Origin: Callorhinchus milii | Lineage: Eukaryota | Direction: 5' to 3' | DNA length: 64,000 bases | Assembly (NCBI RefSeq): GCF_018977255.1 | Contig: NW_024704742.1 | Coordinates: 109,370,001 to 109,434,000 of the forward strand | In this document: piece by piece, positions 50,367 to 61,944 of the stretch | Layout of the letters: each line of letters begins with the position of its first letter | How positions within the stretch are numbered: position 1 is the stretch's first letter | The notes under the pieces: model-generated | Seen by the model: the letters and a program-made list of their open reading frames with translations, nothing else | Told to the model about the DNA's origin: nothing | Database searches by the model: none | Position numbers and translations under genes: made by a program

Positions 50367-51277
50367 GTGGTCCTGATTGGCTCACGTCAGCGCCTCCGCA
50401 CCTCAGGCGCTGACACCATCAGCATCCAAGGCTGCACTCTCCACCTCTCAAAGGCAGTCAGGAACCTCGGCGTTTTGTTCGACCCTGAGCTGTCCTTTCT
50501 CTCTCACATCCGCACCACAACTGGCACCGCCTTCCATCACCTCCGGAACATCGCCAGACTACGGCACTACCTCACCCCTCACGCTGCTGAAACCCTGGTT
50601 CACGCCTTTGTCACCTCAAGGCTGGACTATGGGAACTCTCTCCTCGCCGGCCTTCCCGCCACCTCCCTCCACAAGCTGCAGGTCATTCAGAACTCTGCAG
50701 CTCGGGTACAGTCCCGCACCAGGCTTCGCGACCACTTCACTCCCACCCTCGCTCACCTCCACTGGCTCCCCATGCCCCAGAGGATCGAATTCAAGATCCT
50801 CATCCTCACCTACAAGGCCATTCACGGCCTTGCTCCCTCCTACCTCTCCAACCTACTATCCCCCTACTTACCTGCCCGTACCCTCCGCTCCTCCGGCTCC
50901 GGTCTGCTCCACGTCCCCCGCCCCAACTGCCCTACCATCGGTGGTCGGGCCTTCAGCCTCTCAGCCCCGAGGCTCTGGAACTCCATCCCCCAGTGCCTTC
51001 GCCGCCTCCTCCCTCTCCTCCTTCAAGGCCGGTCTCAAAACCTTTCTCTTTGACCGTGCCTTCAGCTCCCCTCTCGACTCTCTTCTCCCTCCTCGCTCCC
51101 TCCCTTCCCTCCCCTCACCCTGACCATTTCCCCCCTCCTCGCTCCCTCCCTTCCCTCCCCTCACCCTGACCATTTCCCCCCTGCTCGGGTCATGACCCAA
51201 CTGTGCAGCGCCTTGGGACGTCCTCCTGACGTGAAAGGCGCTTTATAAATGGAATCTTGTTGTTGTTGTTGTTGTTG
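50367..51277 (+). mobile_element. 5'-truncated L2-clade LINE (ORF2 C-terminus, 3' UTR, (GTT)n tail), relatively young
   Basis: The 228 aa ORF has VRNLGVLFDPELSF, LVHAFVTSRLDYGN, LHWLP..RIEFKIL and GGRAFS..APRLWNS motifs. The element is GC-rich and ends GTGAAAGGCGCTTTATAAATG..(GTT)n. Confidence 0.93.
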
Positions 51278-53933
51278 TATACTAAAATATTATATTCTTA
51301 CCCTTCTACATCTGGTTTTCGCCTGGCCTAATCTTGCTTCATTTAAAGACTTAAAATATTACTGGTCTAACTGTGGTTACTATTCATCATGTTCATAATA
51401 AATCCGTTCATTGACATTTCTGGATTTGGGATTGCATATTGTGCTGCAAATGAAATCTCCTGTGCTGGTGTACGGGCACCCGTCCTTTTCTAATTGTAGA
51501 ATAGATGGTGTCAGAGCGCAATGGGCTTGAAGGACAATGTACAGTACTGGAATAATGAGAAACATGGCTTTGATTTGCAATGGTATCAGTTGCACTGCTG
51601 TGGAAGGAGATATTCTTCCCCACAGAAAGGGAGAAAAACTTTTCAAGAGTGTTGCTCATAGGCTGCTTTCCAGCTCCGAGCAGCTTGGCTTCTGCCTTTT
51701 TTGCCATTGAAATGTGATTCGAGGAGATCAAGCGAATGGCAAATATTTTTAAATAAAAAACGTCAGAAATGTTAACTGAAACATAAAATGTACAGGGAAC
51801 TAAAGAAACGTAATATTTGTTTGAACACACCCCAAAATAAAACTCACTAGAGTTCAAACATTACCTTTGAAACTGGTGAAGTCTTCTGCAAATCTCATTT
51901 TCCATGTTAAAAAATGTGAAGATCTGATCTGTTTGGATATGTGTGTTCAATCCAGGCCTTTAGTGCCTATTGATTTCATGATGTATATCATACTTAAAGG
52001 CTGCACAGTTATCATAAACTCAAGGAAGAGACATTTTGTGGCATAAAGCAGGCTGCTCTTGGGTCCTAACATATAGATTCTTATTTCACTTTACACTTCA
52101 GATATTTTCCTTTGGGAGGCTAAGGGCTACGTTAACCACACGATGCCCCAGGCAGAAAGCAGTTAAATCTACTCTAGAGCTTCGTTAGAGAAGAAATACC
52201 AAAGGCAAAAAATTATTTCAGGTTTTGTTTTTTTATTTCTATAAAATATTGATGGTGGAGTCTTTTGGAAGTTGAGAAAAAACGAAATTGCCCTTGTTCT
52301 GATATTAACCTTTTACCCAGCTGTTTATAATATATACAAGGTACATTATAGTGTCTTTTATGACAGTATTTCTATGCTTTCAGCCTTGAAACTTCCTTTT
52401 AGATTTCCATTAGTGTAGATCCTTTTTAATTCCGATTTTGGTCATTTCAAACCAATTTGCACAGGCATTGGAGAGTTCTTTTCCAACCCACCCATTTGTG
52501 ACATGCTAACATGTAAATATAGGATTACAGAAATCACAGGCCATTAATAGTTTGGAAAATTAGTATAAAGTGTTTTTTTCTTTAAAAGAAAATGTATTAT
52601 TTGATTTCAGTAATAGCTTGTTTTCATGCCATTCATTGAAATGCAGCTTCCTAAAGCTGTGCATTTCTGTATCAGTTTCTCAAATGTCACTGTGGAAATG
52701 TTTTTTTTTCAGCATGAAGAAAATAAACTGCAGGACGTTTGTTTATTATTGATGTTAGCTGTAATAGTGTTGTAATTAGCTCCTGGCTGGCAGAGAGTCG
52801 AAATGTTACTTTGAGGTCTGAATGTTAATAAACTGGATTAAAAAATATATCTGGTCATGTACAAAATAAAACATTTCCACGGGGACTGATGATCCAAATA
52901 GAAGCCTAGAGCTCTCACAGACAGAACAACTCTTTGAAGCAACATTGAACTTAACCCTTCAAGGACTGAGGTCTCAGTTCAACTTTTGAGAATCAAATAT
53001 GTTTTCTCTTCATCTTGACGAGCAACATTTTTGTTAGCAAAAAAAAGTCAATGCATATGAAAGGCTAAGAGGATCAGTCCTTTTGTTTATAGTGCAAGAT
53101 GCAGGGATATTAAAATATTAATGTTGTGAGATTTTAGGAAACAGTACAGAATTGCTTAGAAGGTCATAATGTGACTTTTATAAGGGGGAGTAATATAGTA
53201 ATTAATCTTTACTATTACAGAAATCTATTAATGCCGTATTTTGAATAGAAATGCAATCTTGTTTGCCTAAAGATAAAAAGCTTCCATATAATCAACCTGA
53301 GCTATTTTCAATTGATATATCTCAATGATGACAGAGCATTACAATGGAGGAGAAAACAGGTGATATCATGGGGTTACAGATCACAGTACATAAAGTCTTA
53401 TGATCACTTGGTGGGAAGAGCTGTTGTGTTTCTCCCTGTCAGTCCTGGGGGAATTCTGATAAGAACATCGCTGAATGAGAGAGATGTTTCACTATCATTA
53501 CATCCTTGGAAAAAAAAAGTTCTCAGTGAGTGAAAAAGGTGTAATTTGCTGGAAGCAATGATCCACCAAAAAGGAACACAAATGCAGTCTCTTGCCTAGT
53601 ACTCTTGTAGAAATGGTACTGTACCTCCATCAGAGCCTGGACCCCAGCCCACTGTAACACACATTATTTATGTTTAGTATTTTAGCTCTAAGTATTCTAA
53701 TGACACAGTGCAGTAAATGCATTGAGTGTAATATTAGTGTGAATTGTGAGACCCAAGGGGGGAAATTCTTATGGGGAAAATGCAAATTTCAAGTCAATTT
53801 CAAATCTATTGGTCAGTGAAGGAAGTGGGCAATCGAAGAGCAATGGAATTACCAAATATCACTGGTCAGACTGAGTGAAGCACAAGCAATGCAATTGAAA
53901 TCTTTAGTCTGTCTGCTAGAAGAATAATCTTGT

Positions 53934-54640
53934 GACAGGATTGTGGCGCTTTTGTTTGTGGATAATATTGTGTTGCTGGCGGACTCACCTGGGATTCTTC
54001 TGCATCGCACCTGCCATCTTGAACATTGAGCCAACCTGTGGGACTTCCAAGGGCGGAATCATGATGGTTCACGGCCCAAGGGAAGACATTGAGGAAATTG
54101 ATTGGAAGATACAAGGGGCTTCAGTCCAAATTGTTGGCTATCAACAGTACCTCAAGGTCCTGGTGGACACCTACTTCAGCCTGGACACTGTCCTGGAGGA
54201 CCACACTCAGAAGGGGTGAAGGGCACTCTGGTTATGCTTGTCTCTCTTCAATGACAGCAGGGTCCCAATGCAGGTCAAGCTTGTGGCATACAAGAAATGA
54301 GTGAAAACAGTCTTCCTTTATAGATTTGAGCTCCTGGGGCTACAGCGGACAGGCTTCCTCTGACCCATCTGCAAAGTCCAGGATCAAGCAGTGAGGTGGA
54401 TTTGGGGCAAATACAGGAAATGGCTACAGGGAGGGAGGGCTCCAGCCTACACTGCCATGTCATTAAGCACCCTAGAGATGGAGGCAGCTTCACAGTGACC
54501 ACGTCTATTTGCTCTCGCATGAGGACCTGGATTGAGCAGCTTGTGCTGAGTAAACGTGGAATGTGGCATTGGACTTGGACCTCGAGAACATCAAGCTGGC
54601 TGGCGTGTCACAAGCTGCGCTGTAAAGGTCCTCCCACCAT
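53934..54640 (+). mobile_element. Decayed non-LTR retrotransposon RT/ORF2 remnant, unlike the local L2/CR1 copies
   Basis: DRIVALLFVDNIVLLADSP (FADD decayed to FVDN), WKIQG..YQQYLKVLVD (YKYLGV-like), YKK*VKTVFLY and KVQDQAVRWI, with stops and frameshifts. Confidence 0.75.
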
Positions 54641-54649
54641 GTCCGATCT

Positions 54650-54715
54650 GTTATATAACAGTTTATATATATTATATAATATTTATATATATTATATATT
54701 TTTTAAATTATACAT
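54650..54715. repeat. AT-rich (TA)n low-complexity tract
   Basis: ttatatatattatataatatttatatatattatatattt. Confidence 0.8.
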
Positions 54716-56065
54716 TGATAAAACGTTGCATTTTCCATCTATTCTTGAAAGCCCTATTTTCCTCCACCCAATTTGCCCTTCACCTACTGGTTGGCCAATT
54801 TCAGGAAGAGACAAAAAAAAATTTGGTCTCATGGTAGATTTCATAGTATCATAGTAGTACCCAATCTGTTATCAAACATTACATTTTTCAACTACAGAAA
54901 ATGATCTTCAAAGTTAATAGTGAATTCAACAGATTGCCCAATTCTGGACACTCCAATATGAATCGTAAAATAGAGTAAATCTACACTCGGGTGGAATTTC
55001 TACCCCTTGTTGCTATATGTTTTGTCACCCAGTTATGGGAGTGATATCTAGGAGTGTAGTAATCAGTCTGACTAAACTGATATTCATCCTCAGGATGAAT
55101 GGTTACTGATGTCTGAGTAAAGCTCTATTGAGACTGAACCTTTGGACTATGTTTTTTCACTCACTGTCTTGAGTCAGCTCCGATACAGAGGTAAACTCAG
55201 ATAAGTCCTGGCAGTCGCATGCACATATGTCCCAAACTACCTATGTACTATATCCCATAATGTTATTTCCTAAAAGAAAACTATCTAATCCGTGTTTGAA
55301 AGTACTTTGTCAGTGAAGCTGGTAAATGAGGTTGTGGTGATACAAGTTAGGACATTATTTCCATTAGGATTTACATTATTTGGGACTAAGAAATGGTTAC
55401 GACTTAGCCGTTTTATCTGATTTGTAAAATCCGACTAGTGCAAAGAAATCAGTGTTTTTTTAGTTGGATGACTCTGGTGATTTGTAAGACTTATACTGAT
55501 ATGACTTATGTGATATAACCTGTATAGAATAAGTTGAATCTGAGGATCAGAGACTGGGATCAGGCTCACTTTTTACTTTTAAATGTTTGGATTTGTCCGG
55601 ATTTTGATGGGATGAAAGTTTCTCTTATCAAGGGTTTAAAGGTTCTACATGACCTGAACTGCAAATTTCAATCTCATTTTTTATGGACATGAATCCACGT
55701 TATATATCATATTTTGTGAAGCGCTTTGAGATGTCTAAATCATCTACAAGGTGGTATATTAAATGCAAGTATTATTGTATATAATTATTATATTATAGAA
55801 TTGTCTGCAATTGAACACAAATTGAGAGTCACAAAAAAGGTTAGAGGGGATAATTGAAAAGTCAATATTGCAGGTAGGGTTCTGGAGGGTGGGGTTATGG
55901 CACATTACTGGTGTAATACACAAGGAGCTTTATGTCCAACATATAAAATAGACATAAAGTAGGAACCCGAAGATGTGATAAGGTGCTATACCAAATCCAA
56001 GGATTATTATTATTATTTCAATATATTATACTGGGATTTTACAATGAATCAAATATGAAATAAGA

Positions 56066-56348
56066 CACATTTTCAACCCGAAAAGTACAAATCAGAGTGA
56101 TCTATTATTATTCTATTCTGAATAACAGTAAAGAATTTAACACAGTTACTGGAGTTCTGCACATGGACAGAACCCTTTCAGACCTAGGTAAGAATGATTG
56201 GCAGCACAGATATAAATCAGGCTTCCTGCTCTAAATTGTTCTATTGCTGGAACCGATGTTGCACTACAAAACAGATATTTTTCTGCATCAAAACCATGTT
56301 GTACCTGACCTTGGATTGCTTGATGTTGACGGTCGGGTTGAAAATGTG
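56066..56348. mobile_element. MITE-like element with a perfect 16-bp inverted repeat
   Basis: CACATTTTCAACCCGA (56066-56081) and TCGGGTTGAAAATGTG (56333-56348). Confidence 0.6.
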
Positions 56349-58129
56349 CTTGTACAGTAAAACCACTACTTTACTCACACTATCTATCAGAAAATGCTCC
56401 TTGTGATGTAAAATATTTTCAGTACGTCACTTGAACTTGCATAATCACAGTTCTGAGAACAGTTCTAGCCAGAGCCATCCTGTCGGGAGCTGGAGAGATG
56501 CAATTGTCCTGTAGAAAATGACATTTACATCAAAAAGCATTTTTTATGCAGCAGTAATATGTTAACCGTTCCAACACTTATTCAACTCCACTGGGTGCCA
56601 AAAGGAGGAAAGTGTTCCATTCTCCAGCACTGATATCCCTTACTTTGATGAGCAAACAACCTCAGTAAAACCTTTAACAAGGTTAACAAGGTCTACTAAG
56701 ACTGTCAAAGCTTTGCTATAAACGGTCAGATGAAAAATATGGTCCGTGGTGTGATAATTATCACCAGTGATAATTTTAACATTTTGGGGCATTTGATTTC
56801 TGGAGATGTCTGAATTGATAACTGCCCCAAGGATAAAAACTTTCTGCTCTCCACAACCAGCCCCACCCTCAACTTTGTTCAAATAATTTCGCTGTTTGAT
56901 TTAGTCATTGATCCAGCTGGTGACACCTTTGAATCTGTTGCCATGCAGATCCCAGGATTTCAGAGCCAGTTTGGGGAATACCATCTTAACTCAACTTTAA
57001 AAGCTTTTTATTAGGTTATATAGCCTGTTACATATTCAGTTTATTGTAGAGGGAAGGAATTGTTATTTGTATTGGTCTAATCAATAAGACTAAAGCTGCA
57101 GAATTAATTGATACACAAATATCCGTGGAGCTACTTGAGCGGATGTACTGGCCACTGTGATTGTTGAAGAAAGATTAGAGCCACTGTTACCTACCACAGT
57201 TACCAAGCCAGTATCAGGGTCAAAAGCCCTTTTACCTTTGTACCTAAACACCTGAAAATGGAGCTCTGTTCCATTCCACCTTGAGAGAACAGCCCCATTG
57301 TGGCGGGAAGTCGTGTTTGTTTCTGTGAGATTATGCCAGTTCTGAACCTGAAAGGAAGACAAGGCCACGATTCCTCAAGGGATCTTAAGCATCGCTGCTT
57401 TTTCAAGAAAACAAATTTGCTGTAACTTTATCTGGCGTTTAGTATTGAATGGTTGCAGATAGACTCTGCAGTGTGCTCTACAGGGAGAGAGAAAGAACAC
57501 TTGTTCAGCATACAGAAGGGATACAGTGCTTTTATTACTCAGGACAAACTTGATCAAGGCAACGTTTGAAAATGGAGCTGAAAAATGTTTAGTTGCAGCC
57601 GCAGCACCAAACACCTGTTTTACATTTCAATAAATAAGCCTTTGTGAAAATCGTTACAAAAAATATTTGAGGCTGTGTTGTGGTATGACGATACGCTGAA
57701 ATGACTGTTTTCTTGAGGCTTAAACACAGTGTCAACGAGTCATGTCAGTTATTTAAGACAGAGTTACATCCCGGAGTAATGAACTCCCCATTACCACTTT
57801 TGTCCTTGAAGCCAAACATTTTTGAATTGATCTTAGTTAACTTGAAACAGTAATGAGTATAAATTCAGGCCTGTCTTAATCTAGCGCGCCTTGTAAAAAT
57901 GAACAATTAAAATTCCTGACTTCATACTCAGCCTCAGCTGCTGAAAAGCACTAGTTAGTAGCCATCTGGTAGCAAGATGGAGATTTACATGGATAAGAGT
58001 TAAGATCTCCTCTGAAGAAACAAAGGACACCTTATTACAAGCGAATTGGAGAAATGGGTCTCCTCATCAACCAAGCAGGCAGTAACAGGAGGTCTAAAAT
58101 TCCTTTGTTCGTTGATTATAGTGATATAA

Positions 58130-58320
58130 CCTCAACAACAATCCCCTAAATAAAATTAGTTATTCACTTCATTGCTGTTTATGGGACACTGCTGTGGACA
58201 AATTGCTTGCTGCTGTAGCCTACAAAATACAGTCACTGCACTTTACAGTAAAATTGTGTGAAGTGCTTTGAGATGTTCTGACATGGTGTGGTGCTATATC
58301 AAAGGTAAGAATTCTTATTA
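58130..58320 (+). mobile_element. DeuSINE 3' half
   Basis: cattgctgtttatgggacactgctgtggacaaattg..aagtgctttgagatg..gctatatcaaa. Confidence 0.8.
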
Positions 58321-60898
58321 TATAAACAGAGGAGAGATTAAACAATCACATGTTTAGCATTATTCTCAGCATTCCTTTACTTCAGGTCTGAATTAAAATC
58401 TTTCTTGAAAAGGGAGGAAAATAGAGCATGTGAGAGCCTTGTTCATGCTTGTTAAGCAGGACCATTTTCAGCACTGTAGAGCTGAGAAGGAACACTGAGA
58501 AACAAATATTGAACTACAGGTGAAACTTGAGGTTAGCTAGCTTAACAAAATATACAGTTTCAAAGTATTTTCCCATAGGGCTGAGGAGTTTTCTGCCCAA
58601 GAGCATAGGTGCAGCAGCATTGACTTCTATATCGCAGGTGAAGAGGAAAGAGTAGCTTTTAAGTGCAGTGTGCCTGGGAGGCCCATGACTTATAATGGGC
58701 CTATCACAATAGAATCAGCTGCCTCGGCAGAATGCAAGAACAGTATGTGTGGAGGCTAAGCCTTACCAGAAAGATTCTTTTTCACACAGAAACAATTCCA
58801 GGTAAGAGTAGTCCATCAGTACTATCTAGGTGTAGCACTGGTCAAGAATGCTGAGCTGGAATAGGATGGTGGTCCAACAGAGTGGTCCTTAGTTACAAAA
58901 CGGTTACCAATACACAGTCACTACAGCTAAGAGTAATGTCTTTAAATGCTTTGAGACGTTTCAACAACAAAAATGCACATAAAACAACTTAAATTTTAAA
59001 TTTAAAATCCTTTTATGTTTTATGTGCATTTTCGACTGGTAACCGAGTTACTGATGTGACACCAAGGAAGGCTTGATCATTTCCCCCAGTCATGTTACCA
59101 GCACTGACCGCTGACATAATGTATTCCAAAGACAATCAACGTAAGAACAACCAAAGAACAAACATTACTACAAATGGTAACTTTTATGTCTTCAATTTCT
59201 GAGGGGATCTAACAGAGACTCTTTATTTGTAAAAGGCAGAAATAATTGTATGAAACAAATAAGGACTTTTCAGTAGAGTTTGAAGTGATGCATGTTTAAC
59301 ATCCTTGATAGTTCAGTCTGTTGGACTTTGACAGTCTGGTGTTTCTGAATTCAAATCTCTGGATTTATGAAGTCAATATCTGTTTAACAATAAATTGATA
59401 GGGGGGAAAGACTGGTACTGAACTGAACCTAACGAAACAAAGCCAAACTGGTCCACAGTAATCTGTGGCAGATTTAAAACTGCAGACATGTCTTCAACCC
59501 TCTGGCAAGTTAGGGAGTCCTAGCTGGATATGTAGCATGCTGTGTGGTTAAAATATACATGTACTGTAGCAACTGGCATCTAAAATGAGATATTCACAAA
59601 ACAAATATGTTGTATTAATCACAACTTCTGGTTTGTGTTTTACAGTTTTAAGATACAAATGAAATGACTTTCAAATCTTGAAAAAGGCTGGTGCAGAATT
59701 CTAAACGATTAAAAATAAACATTAAAATACAAAAATATGAATATTAAAATATTAAATATTATGCTTGCCTGTTATCCCTTTGTTTAATCCTTTTTTTTGT
59801 TTCCTATTGCTTGTCATTTTACTTTTTACGTTTGTCTATCCACAAGCCAACCCTGTTATAATGCGGTTGTTTGGACCCAATATTTCAGAGCCATGTTATA
59901 ACGAAATGTGAAAAGCTGGTTGACTTCTGGGTTGTCAAGTAACCATTGATATCACTTCCTGCAAACTCTGCCTATGCATTATGCGCAAGAATCTCCCACC
60001 CCAAATTAGGTGCCAAGCAAGTGTTGTTAAGCACTTTGGGTCACCCTTCTGATATTAGAGGCACTATATAAATGTAAATTTGTATTGTATTGCATTAATT
60101 TGTATTCTTTTCACATCCTTCATGAAGTAACGTCGGTGTCACTTCCTCCACAAAACAAAAAAGGGTTAATAACCAGAACTACTAGGCAAGTTCAGCCACA
60201 AAAATTGTATGTCAGATTTTATCAAAAGGCTTCAGTTTAGGTAGTGCATGCAGACCTTTTAATGACCATATATTTCAGATTCTTTGTAGCCTTCACGCTG
60301 TTGCAGAAATTTCTCAATCCATTAGTTTCTTATGTTATCGCCTGAAAAGCGGCCCTGTCTGATTTAATTCCTTCAAAAGTGTGGTTTTCATTGGAAGAAA
60401 GTAAACCTATTTCTGTGAGTCAAACAGCAAAAATGCAGCTCTATTCAGTTCAGAGGGTTTGGAATTTGTGAAAAAATGTCACTTTTTACAATGCTCATTC
60501 TTTGGCACATCAAATTAAATCCAGTTTAATAGGGTCCTTCAGAATCTCTGTTTCATAACTTGTGGCAACATCTTTGAAAAATACAAACTTGCAGGTGAGA
60601 ACAAGCAGGGATTTTTTTTGCTTTTGTGAAACTGTTGGAAATAATTAAAAAGAAACAGACTTTAAAAAGCTATTATCAAGGTCGTTTATTTTCCATTCAT
60701 AACACTTAAGCTTGATAATTTTAGATGAATCAGAGTAACACAAAAGCAGCCAGGCACTAAAAGGGGCTTTGAAATGAAATAACATGGAAGTTGAAGTCTG
60801 GGGTACAGTGGAAGCAATGAAGGTTATTTTTCCTCTTGTCAGTAAATGCATTTAGCTATGACTGCAGGTACTTACAATGAGAAATTAATCTTACCAAG

Positions 60899-61005
60899 TT
60901 AATAATAATCTTTGCATTTCATATAGCGCTTTTCACATCTTCTAGACATCTCAAAGCGCTTCACATAATATACTGTAAAGTGAATTGACTGCATATTTTC
61001 TGGGC
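60899..61005 (-). mobile_element. SINE 3' fragment
   Basis: aataataatctttgcatttcatatagcgcttttcacatc. Similar short tails occur near 1260, 8100, 12060, 12800, 15690, 19420, 19560, 23760, 32325, 37370, 41630, 43700, 55710 and 60020. Confidence 0.85.
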
Positions 61006-61928
61006 AGTAAATGACTAATAAATTAGTACTTAACTCCCAAAGTACTTTATCATAGATTTCAGTTGAAATACTGTCCTTTAGAAGGCCTGAGAAAGGGGCT
61101 GCTCTAAGCATTTGAAAAACTAGATGTGCTGAAATAATTTTGTGGCTGTCCTCTGTTCTTTGAAAGTTTATTTTTCTCTGTTACTTCCTCTCTTGGAACC
61201 TCTGACACGGCAGGCAGGCAGGACACTCCACTCAGCACCTGCCCAGAGCAATAAGACTGAACTTAGTAACTCACTGTGTCGATAATTGAGGGGAGGGGAG
61301 AGACTTCAATTGTACTATTCTAAAATGCGGGGTGTGAGAGTTCCAACATAGTGAGCAACTGTGCCAACAGGAAATCTGATTTTTATTTGGTGAAAAAATG
61401 GACAGAGTATATTTACAAATGGGCCCCAATGAAACACATTTTCCTTTCACTGCTGTAATACTCAGCAGTTGCACTAAATAATTGATGAGTCCCACTTTGT
61501 AGCTCTTCAGTCAGGAACAGTTGTTAAACCTCAGTACTTCAACATGCAGCTGCTAGTGTAGGAATATCTAACTCTCTATATTAGTCTGCATTACACTACA
61601 TGTGGATGGAGACTGTCAGAGTGTCTCCTTAAAGGACTGTTGGCAGAAATTATACAGACAAAACTTCAGCTTTCAGGATACAAATCCGCTGATTCTACAG
61701 AGATGTTCCTGTTGGATTTTACATTCTGTGGAATCTGGCTACTTAGACACCCGCTGTACATATCTATTTTGACTTGAATTACACCATGGAATCAGCTATG
61801 ACCTTATTCAATTACCTTTGTACAGTTCCATGTTTAAATAAATAATATATAACAAGAAAAAGCAGGCACAAAAATGATTGTTGGATAAACCTGTGAAATC
61901 AAGGGCTTGTTGAGATGTTATTATTAAA

Positions 61929-61944
61929 CCACTAGATGGTAGTG
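61929..61944 (+). promoter_or_regulatory. CTCF-like motif
   Basis: CCACTAGATGGTAGTG versus the CTCF core CCACYAGRKGGCRS (one core mismatch). Confidence 0.45.

Noticed and set aside
50377..51123. 248 aa Pro/Ser-rich ORF
   Set aside because: Alternative frame of the C-rich L2 ORF2.
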